Source: a virus. Taken from it: a stretch of DNA of 64,000 nucleotides. The notes below the pieces were generated by a model that worked only from the letters and a program-made list of their open reading frames with translations, had not been told where the DNA came from and ran no database searches. The stretch's first letter is position 1. Each line of letters opens with the position of its first letter. The stretch spans positions 1 to 64,000 of IMG/VR virus record IMGVR_UViG_3300036820_000005. One strand, given 5' to 3'. Below are positions 18,649-27,453 of the stretch, in pieces. A program made the translations under genes and the position numbers.

Positions 18649-19536
18649 ATGGCTCTCACCCCCGCAGCCCTGGCCAGGCTCGAACCCGCAGAGCGCCTGG
18701 CCTTCCTCGCTGCCGCCTCCGCAATCGGCCGCGACGAGAACCCTGGCATCAACACCACCGTGGTGCTGCTGCTGACGGTGGAACGGCTGGTCAGCGAGAC
18801 CCCGCCCGGCCTGGTCGCCCAGCTCCGGCACCTGCACCGGCCCTACCGCATCTACAGCCCCTGCACCCACCCCGAACGCGACGACGACGGCCACCTCGAC
18901 CTGGAACTGGACGACGGCGACCTGACCTGCGAAGCGTCCTACCTGTATTCAATCTGCAAGGCCTGCTGCATGGTCGAAGACGAGCGGGGCGAATGGTGCT
19001 CGGACAGCCACGACCACCAGCGCGGCGAGCCGGTCTGCGACACCAGGGCACTCCTCGACGCGCTCCCGCCCCTTGCCTCACCCGCCGTCGATGTCGCGGA
19101 AGGCGGCTGCGAGGCCCTGCCGCTACCCGGCCAGCCGCACGACGGCCCGGTCCGCCGGTACGTCCGGATCTGCCCGGTCGGCCATTTCCGCCGCGGCCGG
19201 TCCTGCCAGGCCTGCGCTGGTATCGGCGCGATCGTCTGCGCCGAATGCCCCGGCCGCCAGCCCGCTCTTCTCATCCCTGCTGAGGTCTGGGAGCGGATCT
19301 CAGATGACCAGGACGGTCAGCTCACCGCCGAGGGCGCGGGCCTGCTGCTCGACCCTGACTGCCGGGACGGAAAGTGCGACTCCTGCGTCGGCCCGCCCTG
19401 CGAGCACAGGTGCCACCGGGCTGCCACCAGCCCGGCCAGCGTGGACCGGGCAGGCGGGTTAAGTGTCCGTGGAGACATGCCCAACCTCCGGTTGGGCGGG
19501 CCAGGTTCGAGTCCTGGAACCCGCTCCAAGAGGTGA
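18649..19536 (+). CDS. Cys-rich hypothetical protein whose 3' end overlaps the tRNA
   Basis: Many CxxC motifs; about the last 27 codons run through the tRNA sequence. Confidence 0.6.
   Translation: MALTPAALARLEPAERLAFLAAASAIGRDENPGINTTVVLLLTVERLVSETPPGLVAQLRHLHRPYRIYSPCTHPERDDDGHLDLELDDGDLTCEASYLYSICKACCMVEDERGEWCSDSHDHQRGEPVCDTRALLDALPPLASPAVDVAEGGCEALPLPGQPHDGPVRRYVRICPVGHFRRGRSCQACAGIGAIVCAECPGRQPALLIPAEVWERISDDQDGQLTAEGAGLLLDPDCRDGKCDSCVGPPCEHRCHRAATSPASVDRAGGLSVRGDMPNLRLGGPGSSPGTRSKR
19454..19528 (+). tRNA. tRNA-Gly(UCC), non-canonical, CCA encoded
   Basis: Acceptor GCGGGTT/AACCCGC followed by T and CCA; D arm GTGT-CCGTGGAG-ACAT; anticodon arm CCCAA-CCTCCGG-TTGGG (TCC at 19487-19489); T arm CCAGG-TTCGAGT-CCTGG. 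Deviations: A8, C14, C15/G48, G21, C33. Confidence 0.85.
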
Positions 19537-19542
19537 CCGCTT

Positions 19543-20889
19543 ATGTTCCTGGGAAGCGTGCCGCCGCAGATGCGGTCGATCGTCCGCGAGACCGTGGCCA
19601 GCTGGCCGGGCGACGACTTGTACGTCGCGTGCTGCGGGAACTTCACCCTGGAACGGGCAGTGTTCGGCCTCGGCCGCCGCGTCCACAGCGAGGACGTGTC
19701 GATTTACACGACCGCTGTCGGCCGCTGGCTGACCGGGCAGGACACGGGAATCGCCCTCGCCGGGGAGTCCGCCGGCGAGCTGGGATGGCTCGCCGGATCG
19801 CTCGGCTGCCCGATCGACGTCGTGGCCACCCTGATGCTCGGGTCGAACTTTCTCGCCTCAGTCGCGAAGGACGGCCCGTACTTCCGGCGTCTGGTCCGCG
19901 GCTACCGCGAGCAGTGGCCGGAACTGCACGCCGCCACGGTCGCGAAGCTCGAACGGGTCGCCGAGGCGCTGAAGATCGAGTCCTACACGTGCATGGACGT
20001 CCGGCAGTGGCTCGACCAGATCCCTCCCGGCGTTCCCCTGGTCACCTTCCCCCCGTTCGACGAAGCCGGGTACTCGGTGATGTGGGCGGCGCTGGACAGG
20101 CATTTCACCTGGGATCCCCCCGCCTTCGACGAGCTGAGCGACGCCGACGTCGACGCGCTGTTCGACACGATCCGCGACCGGCCGCTGTGGCTGTTCGGCG
20201 CGAAGCATGAGATACCGGAGCTGGCCGGCTACAAGCGCGGCGCGGTCCAGCCGACGAACCGGTCCAGGACGATCCACGTCTACGCTTCGCAGGGCCCGAC
20301 CCGGATCGCCCTGCCGAGGCAGGACATCGAGCCGGTAAAGGTGGCCAGGCTGGCACCCGGCGAGGAGATCGGCCGCCGCCTCGCCCTCGCGCCGCTCACC
20401 TCAGGCCAGTTCAATGCGCTCAGGTCGCAGTACCTGAACCCGAAGATCGCCCCTGCCGGGGCGACGTGGGCGTACGCGGTCCTGGTCGACGGGAAGATCA
20501 TCGGCGCGTTCGCGTTCCAGCGGTCGACGTACTTCCCCGACGAGGCGTACCTGCTGTCCGACTTCGCGGTCGCCCCGTCGGACTACCCGCGCCTGTCCAA
20601 GCTGGTGCTGCTCGCGGCGACCAGTTCCGAGGCGCGGCTGATCATGCAGCGGGCGATGTCCCGCCGCCTCGACGGCGTGTCGACGACGGCGTTCTCAAGA
20701 AACCAGATGTCGATGAAATACCGGGGTCTGTTCCAGCTGGTCAAAAAGGCCGCGACGCCCGACGACCCGGACTGGGCGTGGATGCTCACCTACCGGTCCC
20801 CGCTCGGCGGCCACACCCTCAAGCAGGGGCTGGCCACATGGCGGCAGAAGTGGGGCCAGCGGACGCCGAGAGAGGGAGATGCCGGGTGA
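19543..20889 (+). CDS. Phage DAM-like methyltransferase-fold domain fused to a GNAT/Mom-like domain (putative DNA-modifying antirestriction protein)
   Basis: N-terminal CCGNFTLER and VTFPPF (degenerate methyltransferase motifs I and IV). C-terminal AVLVDGKIIGAFAF..YLLSDFAV..RLSKLVL..TTAFS...SMKYRGLF resembles a GNAT fold. Confidence 0.7.
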   Translation: MFLGSVPPQMRSIVRETVASWPGDDLYVACCGNFTLERAVFGLGRRVHSEDVSIYTTAVGRWLTGQDTGIALAGESAGELGWLAGSLGCPIDVVATLMLGSNFLASVAKDGPYFRRLVRGYREQWPELHAATVAKLERVAEALKIESYTCMDVRQWLDQIPPGVPLVTFPPFDEAGYSVMWAALDRHFTWDPPAFDELSDADVDALFDTIRDRPLWLFGAKHEIPELAGYKRGAVQPTNRSRTIHVYASQGPTRIALPRQDIEPVKVARLAPGEEIGRRLALAPLTSGQFNALRSQYLNPKIAPAGATWAYAVLVDGKIIGAFAFQRSTYFPDEAYLLSDFAVAPSDYPRLSKLVLLAATSSEARLIMQRAMSRRLDGVSTTAFSRNQMSMKYRGLFQLVKKAATPDDPDWAWMLTYRSPLGGHTLKQGLATWRQKWGQRTPREGDAG

Positions 20890-21788
20890 AGCTCGAACTG
20901 GCCTACGTCACCGGAGACCCGCGGAAGCTCGCCTTCCTCGAAGTCAACGCCCGGTACTTCAAACATGAGGACTTCAAGCGGCTCGTCGCGAACATCCGCC
21001 GGGACGGCGTGCTGTCCTCAGTGCCGCTGGTCTGGAGAGACCCCGGCCAGGACGACTACCGCGAGGTGCTGTCCGGTAACCACCGCGTCAAGGCCGCGAT
21101 CGAGGCGGGGCTTGAGGAGATCGGCTGGCTGGAAACCTGCCAGCCCCTCAACCGCCAGCAGCGGGTCGCGCTCCAACTGGCCCACAACGCGATCGAAGGC
21201 GACGACGACCCGGCCACCCTCAAGCGGCTGTACGAGGAGCTGTACGACGTGGACTGGCGGGAGTACTCCGGCCTGGATGACCAGGTGCTCGGCCTGCTCG
21301 GCGACCAGGGCGCCGGAGGCCTGTCGGAGGCGAACCTGTCCTATGCGACGGTGCTGCTCACGTTCCTGCCGACTGAGCTGGAGGAGGCCAAGGCCGCGTT
21401 CGCAGAGGCCCGGAAGCAGGGCAGCGCGGACGAGTACCTGCTCGCCGCGATGGACCAGTACCAGGCCACCCTCGACGCGCTCGCATCCGTCCACGGGGCA
21501 CACAAGGTCGGGAACGTGGCTACTGCCCTCGCCCTCATCCTGGCCATCTTCGAGGCCCACATCGGCGACCTCCGCGACGGCTGGTACAACCCCGAAACCC
21601 GGGAGCCGAAACATGACGGCCGGATACCGGTCGAGACGCTGCTCGGCGCCCGGAACATCCCAGCAGGCCAGGCTGCGGTGATCGCCGCCGCGATCGACCG
21701 GGTGATCGGCAACGGAGACGCCGACAACCCCGGCCGCGCGCTAGAGCTCCTCTGCGCTGACGCCCTCGGAGGTCCTGATGCGTCTTGA
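20886..21788 (+). CDS. ParB/Srx-like N-terminal domain protein coupled to the modification gene
   Basis: NAR.F...F.RLV.NIRRDG...VLSGNHRVKAA...HNAIEGDDD; GTGA overlap. Confidence 0.8.
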   Translation: MKLELAYVTGDPRKLAFLEVNARYFKHEDFKRLVANIRRDGVLSSVPLVWRDPGQDDYREVLSGNHRVKAAIEAGLEEIGWLETCQPLNRQQRVALQLAHNAIEGDDDPATLKRLYEELYDVDWREYSGLDDQVLGLLGDQGAGGLSEANLSYATVLLTFLPTELEEAKAAFAEARKQGSADEYLLAAMDQYQATLDALASVHGAHKVGNVATALALILAIFEAHIGDLRDGWYNPETREPKHDGRIPVETLLGARNIPAGQAAVIAAAIDRVIGNGDADNPGRALELLCADALGGPDAS

Positions 21789-22035
21789 GGTGCTGGTACC
21801 CCGCGGGGAGCTGACCGCCGTCCTGGTACGCGATGTCCTGTTGCTCGTGCAGGTCACCGTGCCTCTGGGGACGGTCGAGTCGTGGACGCGGTTTGAGCGG
21901 CTGCTCGCCTACGACTGGGCGATGCGCGAGCACCTGGCGGCGTCGGATCACCCGGCTTCCCTGCGCCGGGACCGGCCGTCGTTCATCCCCGCGCCGGGAA
22001 CCACCGGCGCGCCTCTCACAGAAAGGACGCCTTAG
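21778..22035 (+). CDS. Small hypothetical protein
   Basis: GGAGG RBS; overlaps both neighbours. Confidence 0.55.
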   Translation: MRLEVLVPRGELTAVLVRDVLLLVQVTVPLGTVESWTRFERLLAYDWAMREHLAASDHPASLRRDRPSFIPAPGTTGAPLTERTP

Positions 22036-22802
22036 TGGCCCGGATCGACATGACCACGCGGGAACTGCACGACCTGTTCAGGCCGGTGCTCCCGCACGTC
22101 GGCACTGACAAGGAAACCCCCGAGCTGGCGGTGGTCAGGCTGGAGTTCGGCGACAACGCCGTCTACGCGGCCGCGACGGACAGGTACACCCTGGCCGCCG
22201 AGCGGTGGCCGCTCCCGCCGGCCGACAGGGGCAGGCTCGGCGGCCTGGTCGTCCACCTGAACGCCGCGGATGCGAAAGCGGCGCTGGCGCTGTTCACCTA
22301 CTCGAAGGAGTCCGACCCGCCGCTGCGGATCACCGTCGACACCGCGCCCGTCCACATCTCGGTCGCCGGGCAGCCCGGCGTCGTGACCCGGCTGGCCGTC
22401 ACAGTCCAGCACGCCGACGACGGCACGCGCCTGGTCCTGCACGACGAGCGCAACCCGGCGAAGGACCCGCTGGCCGCGTGGCGCAGGAAAATCCACGCCG
22501 CCATGACACGGCCCCGCGCCAGCACGATCGAGGCGGCCGACCTGTTCCCCGGGACGCTCGGCCGTTGGGCTGCCGCGGCCCGGAAAGGCGAGCGGTTCAG
22601 CGTCTACCCTGCCCCCGACCAGGCCGACCCGATCCTCGTGGTGGTGGAGGAGCATTTCGCTGGCCTGTGGTCGGTCCCGGGCTACCTGGGAGAGCCCAGG
22701 GAGGTCCTCGACGCCCTGCCGTGGCGGTGGGAACTCGACCCCCTCGACGCTGATGTCGCAGCCGGGCTGGTCGACGTGCAGACAGGGGAGCGTGCCGTCT
22801 GA
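22035..22802 (+). CDS. DNA polymerase III beta-clamp-like (DnaN-like) protein
   Basis: P.LA.VRLE.....V.A.ATDRYTLA clamp motif; C-terminal PILV..E.HF.GL. Confidence 0.65.
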   Translation: MARIDMTTRELHDLFRPVLPHVGTDKETPELAVVRLEFGDNAVYAAATDRYTLAAERWPLPPADRGRLGGLVVHLNAADAKAALALFTYSKESDPPLRITVDTAPVHISVAGQPGVVTRLAVTVQHADDGTRLVLHDERNPAKDPLAAWRRKIHAAMTRPRASTIEAADLFPGTLGRWAAAARKGERFSVYPAPDQADPILVVVEEHFAGLWSVPGYLGEPREVLDALPWRWELDPLDADVAAGLVDVQTGERAV

Positions 22803-22905
22803 GGGTGCCCGACGGCGCCGGGCGGGGGATGTCCAGCGGGCAGGCGGACCGCTGTCCCGAATAGCCGAGCCGGCCCGGCTGCGGGGGGAATTATCGGTGG
22901 TCAGA

Positions 22906-23088
22906 GAGTTGCGCCGGGAGCGGGCCCTCCACCCCCGGCGCAACTCCAGCCTCACAATAGGTCTCACAGCGACCCATGTCCAAATACCGGTATTTGTGTG
23001 GCTGGCGTTACCCGACCTGCAGATTGGGATGGTAGACCTTTCCTTCAGAGCCGCGCCGGGGGGATGGGCCCTCCACCCCCCGGCGCGG
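22906..23088. repeat. Two related hairpins with a shared loop, flanking a 16-bp palindrome
   Basis: Stems at about 22906-22946 and 23051-23088, both with GGGCCCTCCA in the loop; CAAATACCGGTATTTG at 22981-22996. Confidence 0.7.
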
Positions 23089-23350
23089 TATTCCGCCGCA
23101 CCAGGCAGTCCGGGGGCCCGCGTTCCCGTGGATAGGTCGCTGGCCGCCACCGGCTGCCTGGTGCGGGCGCCGCAGCCCGTCCTGCGCTCACCAGCGCGGG
23201 ACGGGCGCATGACGATACGGGACCAGTGCGGGCGGGGGCGCCTCGACCACATCGCCAGCCAGCCCGGCCCCGGCCGCCTGATCAGCCGGCACGGCATCTG
23301 GGCGCAAGCAGCCTCCATCCGCCCCCACCCGCAGCCGGCGCAGCGGGGCG

Positions 23351-23701
23351 TCACGACGGGCCTCCGGGAACGCCCTGCAGGGATCCGGCCGCGTCTGCCA
23401 GCGGCGAGGACGCCCGGCACCGCAGGCACTCGTAGCCCGCCGGAGGACGGCCTACGCAGTGCGGGCACGGGGCCAGCACCTCGGCCACGGTCACGCTGAA
23501 CGCCGCGGCGACGTACTCCGCGGCGGGTGGATGGCGCACCCCGGACTCGCACTTGTGCACGTTGCCCCGGTTCATGAACAGCAGTTTCCCGGCCTCGCTG
23601 AGCGACATGCCGCGCTCGATCCGGAGTCTGCGCATCCCGGCCGCCACCGTGGGCACGCCGACGGCCGGCGCCGCGTGCTGGCCCGCCCACTGCGCAGTCA
23701 C
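23351..23701 (-). CDS. XRE HTH protein with C-terminal Zn ribbon
   Basis: RRLRIERGMSLSEAG...CPHC..PPAGYECLRC. Confidence 0.7.
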   Translation of the reverse strand: MTAQWAGQHAAPAVGVPTVAAGMRRLRIERGMSLSEAGKLLFMNRGNVHKCESGVRHPPAAEYVAAAFSVTVAEVLAPCPHCVGRPPAGYECLRCRASSPLADAAGSLQGVPGGPS

Positions 23702-24529
23702 GACGTCTCCGCTGGGTAGATCGCATCGAGCCGGTCCATCAGCCCGCACAGGTCCTCGGCGCCGATGGTCGTGGCGGTCGGGTCGGCGGATATCCGGCCG
23801 GGAGGGACGATGACCCGCCACCGGCCGTTCAGCACGGCGGGCGGGACGAACTGGGCCTCGCCGGGGTGGGCGCGCTCGAAGTCGATCCGCCGTTCCACGC
23901 AGTCATCCGCGCCGGCCCTGGTCATCTGCCCCCGGCTCAGCATGGCTGCCGCCGCGCGAGGTCCGCCCGCAGTGCGGCGTCAAGCTCGTCCGGGCTCCGG
24001 GCGGTCACGACGTCATCCTCATCGGCGGCGTGCTTGTGGCGCGCACCCCACTCGCCGTCAAAGATCCAGAACTCGTCGTACTCGTCGCCGAATGTCTCGC
24101 CGAGCGCGGTGAGCGCCTGGTCGTCGCCGGCGATGACCGGTGCGGGTTCCGGGCCGGTCACGGCGTGCTCCCGCCGCGAGGGGACGGCGGCGCAGAGACT
24201 ACTGCACCGCCGTCCCCGGCGCGGCGGGCCGGAAGGCCGTTAACTCCGCCAGCCGCATTTACCGGTGGATTACCTCCCGGCCCGGTGCGCGCCGCCGGGT
24301 CCTCCGCGCGCGTACCTGCGGAGGAACCGGCGTCCTGGCGGTCCCGTGCCTCGCGGTCGGCCAGCAGGTGCCAGGTACCGCGCAGCAGGGGACCGTAGTC
24401 CTGGTGGAAGTCCCCGCCGGTCGCCTCGATCATCTGATCGAGCGTGCCGCCCGGGTTGGCCGCGCGCCATTCGGCGACCGCCGTGCGGGCACGGTCTTGC
24501 TCCTTCGGGGTGTCCTTGGTGGTGCTCAC
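23698..24529 (-). other. Three coupled small hypothetical ORFs (23698-23943, 23937-24161, 24158-24529)
   Basis: Overlapping starts and stops; divergent from the GntR gene. Confidence 0.6.
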
Positions 24530-24614
24530 CCGTCTTTCCCTCCGCTCACGTTCGCGAACGTATGCGCTCGTAGGCCCATGATCGCCTACGGAGAGCGTCC
24601 TGTACGTTACCCCG

Positions 24615-24860
24615 GTGGACGGGCCGCCGGAGATCGATTACAGGGGCACGCTGCCCCCTTACCTGCAGCTGGCGGCGTGGCTCCGTGACCGGATCCAGTC
24701 CGGCGAACTGCGGCCCGGCCAGGTCCTGCCGAGCGAGCAGGAACTGATGGGAGCCACCGGGCTCGCCAGGATCACCGTCCGCAAGGCGATGCGGGTTCTC
24801 CGCGAAGAGGGCCACGTGGTCACCGTCCCGCAGCGCGGCACGTACGTTGCCAGGCGTTAA
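24615..24860 (+). CDS. Stand-alone GntR-family wHTH regulator
   Basis: PPYLQLA.WLRDRI.SGEL.PG..LPSE.EL....GLAR.TVRKA...LR.EG.V...PQRGTYV. Confidence 0.9.
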   Translation: MDGPPEIDYRGTLPPYLQLAAWLRDRIQSGELRPGQVLPSEQELMGATGLARITVRKAMRVLREEGHVVTVPQRGTYVARR

Positions 24861-24944
24861 GGCTGCACTCACGCCGCCGACCATACGCCGTAGCCGGGCG
24901 GAAAAGTTCAGCGGATTGAACAAGCGCGAGATTCAGCCCGCAAT

Positions 24945-26150
24945 TCACGAGGCGCGCATCCCCATGCGCCACGCCAGCCCTTGCAGCTCGGCGCCGCCGG
25001 CTTCGCGCGTGGCCTTGGCCAGCATGTGCGCCACCTGATTCCGGATCATCGGGTGGTTGCGGACCTGTACCGGGGACAGCTTCTCCGCGCGCCGCAGTTC
25101 CGCCACCGCCGTGGCGTCGTTGCCGAGCATCCACTGCGCCCGGGATCGCTCCATCCGCAGCGCGCCGCGCCTGTTCGCTGACGCCAGCGCCCGCGGTTCC
25201 ACCGCGTCAGCATGCGCCAGGGCCTCCTCCGCGTTGCCGGCCTCAACGGCGAGCGACGCCCGCCAGATCCCGGCATTCGCTGGCCCGAACACCTCGAACG
25301 CCTCGGGCCGGTCTCCGAGCTCGCCGGCTACCCGGGCTGCCTCGCCGCCCTGGTCCCGCGCCCCGGCATGGTCGCCGCTTACGGCGCACGCCAGCGCCGC
25401 GGACAGGCGGATCATGCCGTACACCTCACGCGCGTACCGGTTGTCCCCGCACAGCGGCTCCAGCTTGTCGGCGCGGGCCGGCATCGACATCAGCACCCGC
25501 GGCCGGTTCGCGCTGTTGGTGCAGTGCGCGCACCCGAACGCCGCCGCCGCCTCCTGGACCGGGTCGCCGGTCAGCGCAGCGGCCTGCCGCCCCCGGTCCG
25601 CCGCGATCCAGGCCAGGTCGGTGTGACCGTGATGCTTCAGCGTGATCGCCGCCGTTGCCGTCGCCGCGACCAGCAGCCGCGCGGCCCGGTCCCGCCCCGC
25701 GCCGCCCCCGGCCGCCGCGTGGACCTGCAGCTCGCCGAGCAGCCCGGGGAGCCCCAGCTGCAGCGCGGCATAGTCGGCGCGGCGCAGCGCCGCGTCCATG
25801 TCCGCCGCGACCGCGGCGAGCACGGTCAGCGGGCGGGCCGGGCCGTCCGGCGGCCCGTCGAGGGTCGCGTCGAGCAGGACCGCCCGGAACGCCACTGTGC
25901 TCCACGGCGCCTGGCGGGGCCGGATTTCCGGCACGGGCTGGCCGAGCAGCGCGTCGGCGGATACCCCGATCACTTCGGCGAGCGCGGCGATGTCCTGCCT
26001 CTTGTCCAGCGGGAGCAGGCCCCGCTCCACCATGGACAGCCAGCTCTTGGAATGGCCGATCCGCCCGGCGACCAGCTCGATGGTGAGCCGGGCAGCGCGC
26101 CTGGCCTGCCGGACGTTCGTACCGACAGCAGGGTCCGTGTTAGCATCCAT
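24945..26150 (-). CDS. XRE HTH regulator with a long helical (TPR-like) C-terminal domain (401 aa)
   Basis: VRQARRAARLT..LVAGRIGHSKSWLSMVERG; FGPANAGIWR; AEKLSP. Confidence 0.85.
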   Translation of the reverse strand: MDANTDPAVGTNVRQARRAARLTIELVAGRIGHSKSWLSMVERGLLPLDKRQDIAALAEVIGVSADALLGQPVPEIRPRQAPWSTVAFRAVLLDATLDGPPDGPARPLTVLAAVAADMDAALRRADYAALQLGLPGLLGELQVHAAAGGGAGRDRAARLLVAATATAAITLKHHGHTDLAWIAADRGRQAAALTGDPVQEAAAAFGCAHCTNSANRPRVLMSMPARADKLEPLCGDNRYAREVYGMIRLSAALACAVSGDHAGARDQGGEAARVAGELGDRPEAFEVFGPANAGIWRASLAVEAGNAEEALAHADAVEPRALASANRRGALRMERSRAQWMLGNDATAVAELRRAEKLSPVQVRNHPMIRNQVAHMLAKATREAGGAELQGLAWRMGMRAS

Positions 26151-26252
26151 GGCAAGACCTCGTGCTCGTATCCCTGAAGATCTAGGCAATCTCAGGATAC
26201 GCGCGAGGTCTAAGTCTTGTAGAAGATCGACGGCCCGAGGGTGGGATGCCGC

Positions 26253-26456
26253 ATGGTCCGCCAGGCCGACGCCGTGATGCTCGTAGCCGACCTGGCTGAA
26301 GCGCTGGCCAGGCGCGGACACGACGTGCAGCTCGACCAGCTGAACGGCGTCCGCCTGGTCCGCCTGGTCCGGCTGGGCTCGCTGATGCTCGCCGACTTCG
26401 GAATCGGAGACGCGCCTGCCGAGCCGCAGGAACCGCACGACGCGGCCCGCGTCTGA
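26253..26456 (+). CDS. Small hypothetical protein divergent from the XRE regulator
   Basis: Position and codon pattern only. Confidence 0.4.
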   Translation: MVRQADAVMLVADLAEALARRGHDVQLDQLNGVRLVRLVRLGSLMLADFGIGDAPAEPQEPHDAARV

Positions 26457-26645
26457 GTCCTGCTGCCACGCCGGGCCGTCCCCTGGCTGTATGACGCAGC
26501 CCGCCGCGTACCTATGCGCGGATAGGGCTGCCCGGCTGCCGGGCGCGTTGCGGGCGCCCGGCCCGGCACAGCGGCGCCCGGGCCCGAAGGCCTGCGTCGG
26601 CAGCGCAGCGGCCACCCCCCGACATGGCCGGCTCACTGACCGGCT

Positions 26646-27338
26646 GTGACACACCGGCCGTCCGGCCGCGATCGCGCCGGACGGCCCAGCCGGACGCCGC
26701 CCTTGGGGGCGGCTCTCACCGCTGCCCTTCTCGCGGCCCTGTCCGTCCTGCTGCCCCTGCTGCTCGCCGCAAGTACCCATCCGGCCCGGCCGGCCCGCCC
26801 GGTAGCCGTCACCGTCAGCCTGACCGCGCCGCGGATCCCTCACTGGACAGCACCGTACGCGGTCGCCTCCGCGTCGCCGATCCCCGCCCCCAGCCCTGCC
26901 GCCACGGACACTCCGGCCCCGAGGCTGGTATCGGCTAGCCCGGCCGCAATCCCCGCCCCCACCCCGACCCCGACAGCCTCCCCGGACGAGGAGTCGTCAC
27001 CCGCCCCCTCGGCGAGCCCGCCGGCACCTGAGCCCGCCGGATCGCCGCAGCAGATCGCCGAGGCCATGCTCCCCGCCTACGGCTGGGACACCGCCCAGAT
27101 GGGCTGCCTGCTCCTCCTGTGGGAGCGGGAGTCCGGCTGGAACGCGGCCGCGTATAACCCCGGCACCGGCGCGTACGGCATCCCCCAGGCGCTCCCCGGC
27201 GACAAGATGGCCGCCGCCGGGCCGGACTGGCGCACCGACCCCGCCACCCAGATCAGGTGGGGCCTCGGGTACATCCAGGCGACGTACGGGTCGCCATGCG
27301 GAGCATGGGCTCACGAGGAAGCAGACGGCTGGTACTAG
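26646..27338 (+). CDS. Secreted/membrane lytic transglycosylase (SLT-like)
   Basis: TM helix, Pro-rich linker, LWERESGWN..A.NP..GAYGIPQALP..KM...W.TDPATQIRWGL.YI...YGSPC. Confidence 0.88.
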   Translation: MTHRPSGRDRAGRPSRTPPLGAALTAALLAALSVLLPLLLAASTHPARPARPVAVTVSLTAPRIPHWTAPYAVASASPIPAPSPAATDTPAPRLVSASPAAIPAPTPTPTASPDEESSPAPSASPPAPEPAGSPQQIAEAMLPAYGWDTAQMGCLLLLWERESGWNAAAYNPGTGAYGIPQALPGDKMAAAGPDWRTDPATQIRWGLGYIQATYGSPCGAWAHEEADGWY

Positions 27339-27342
27339 GCCA

Positions 27343-27439
27343 CTGACCTGCGAAAATACGGCGTCTTTGCGCCGCCTCTTCTTGTCGCGTTCTACACTCC
27401 TCGTATAGTATTTCTACATAAGCAAAAAACATCCAGACC
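27343..27439 (+). promoter_or_regulatory. Repeated promoter/operator cassette, copy A
   Basis: CTGACCTGCGAAAAT...TTGTCG-18nt-TAGTAT, with TTCTAC in the spacer and again after the -10. Confidence 0.75.
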
Positions 27440-27453
27440 GGCAGGAGAGAGCC

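Noticed and set aside
22032-23726. 564-aa minus-strand ORF, and similar long ORFs (17314-18894, 41307-42926, 33181-34230)
   Set aside because: Low-complexity shadow frames overlapping or antisense to well-supported genes; expected at this GC content.
24945-26843. 632-aa version of the XRE regulator
   Set aside because: The HTH begins right after ATG 26150; the extension crosses the divergent promoter region and other genes.
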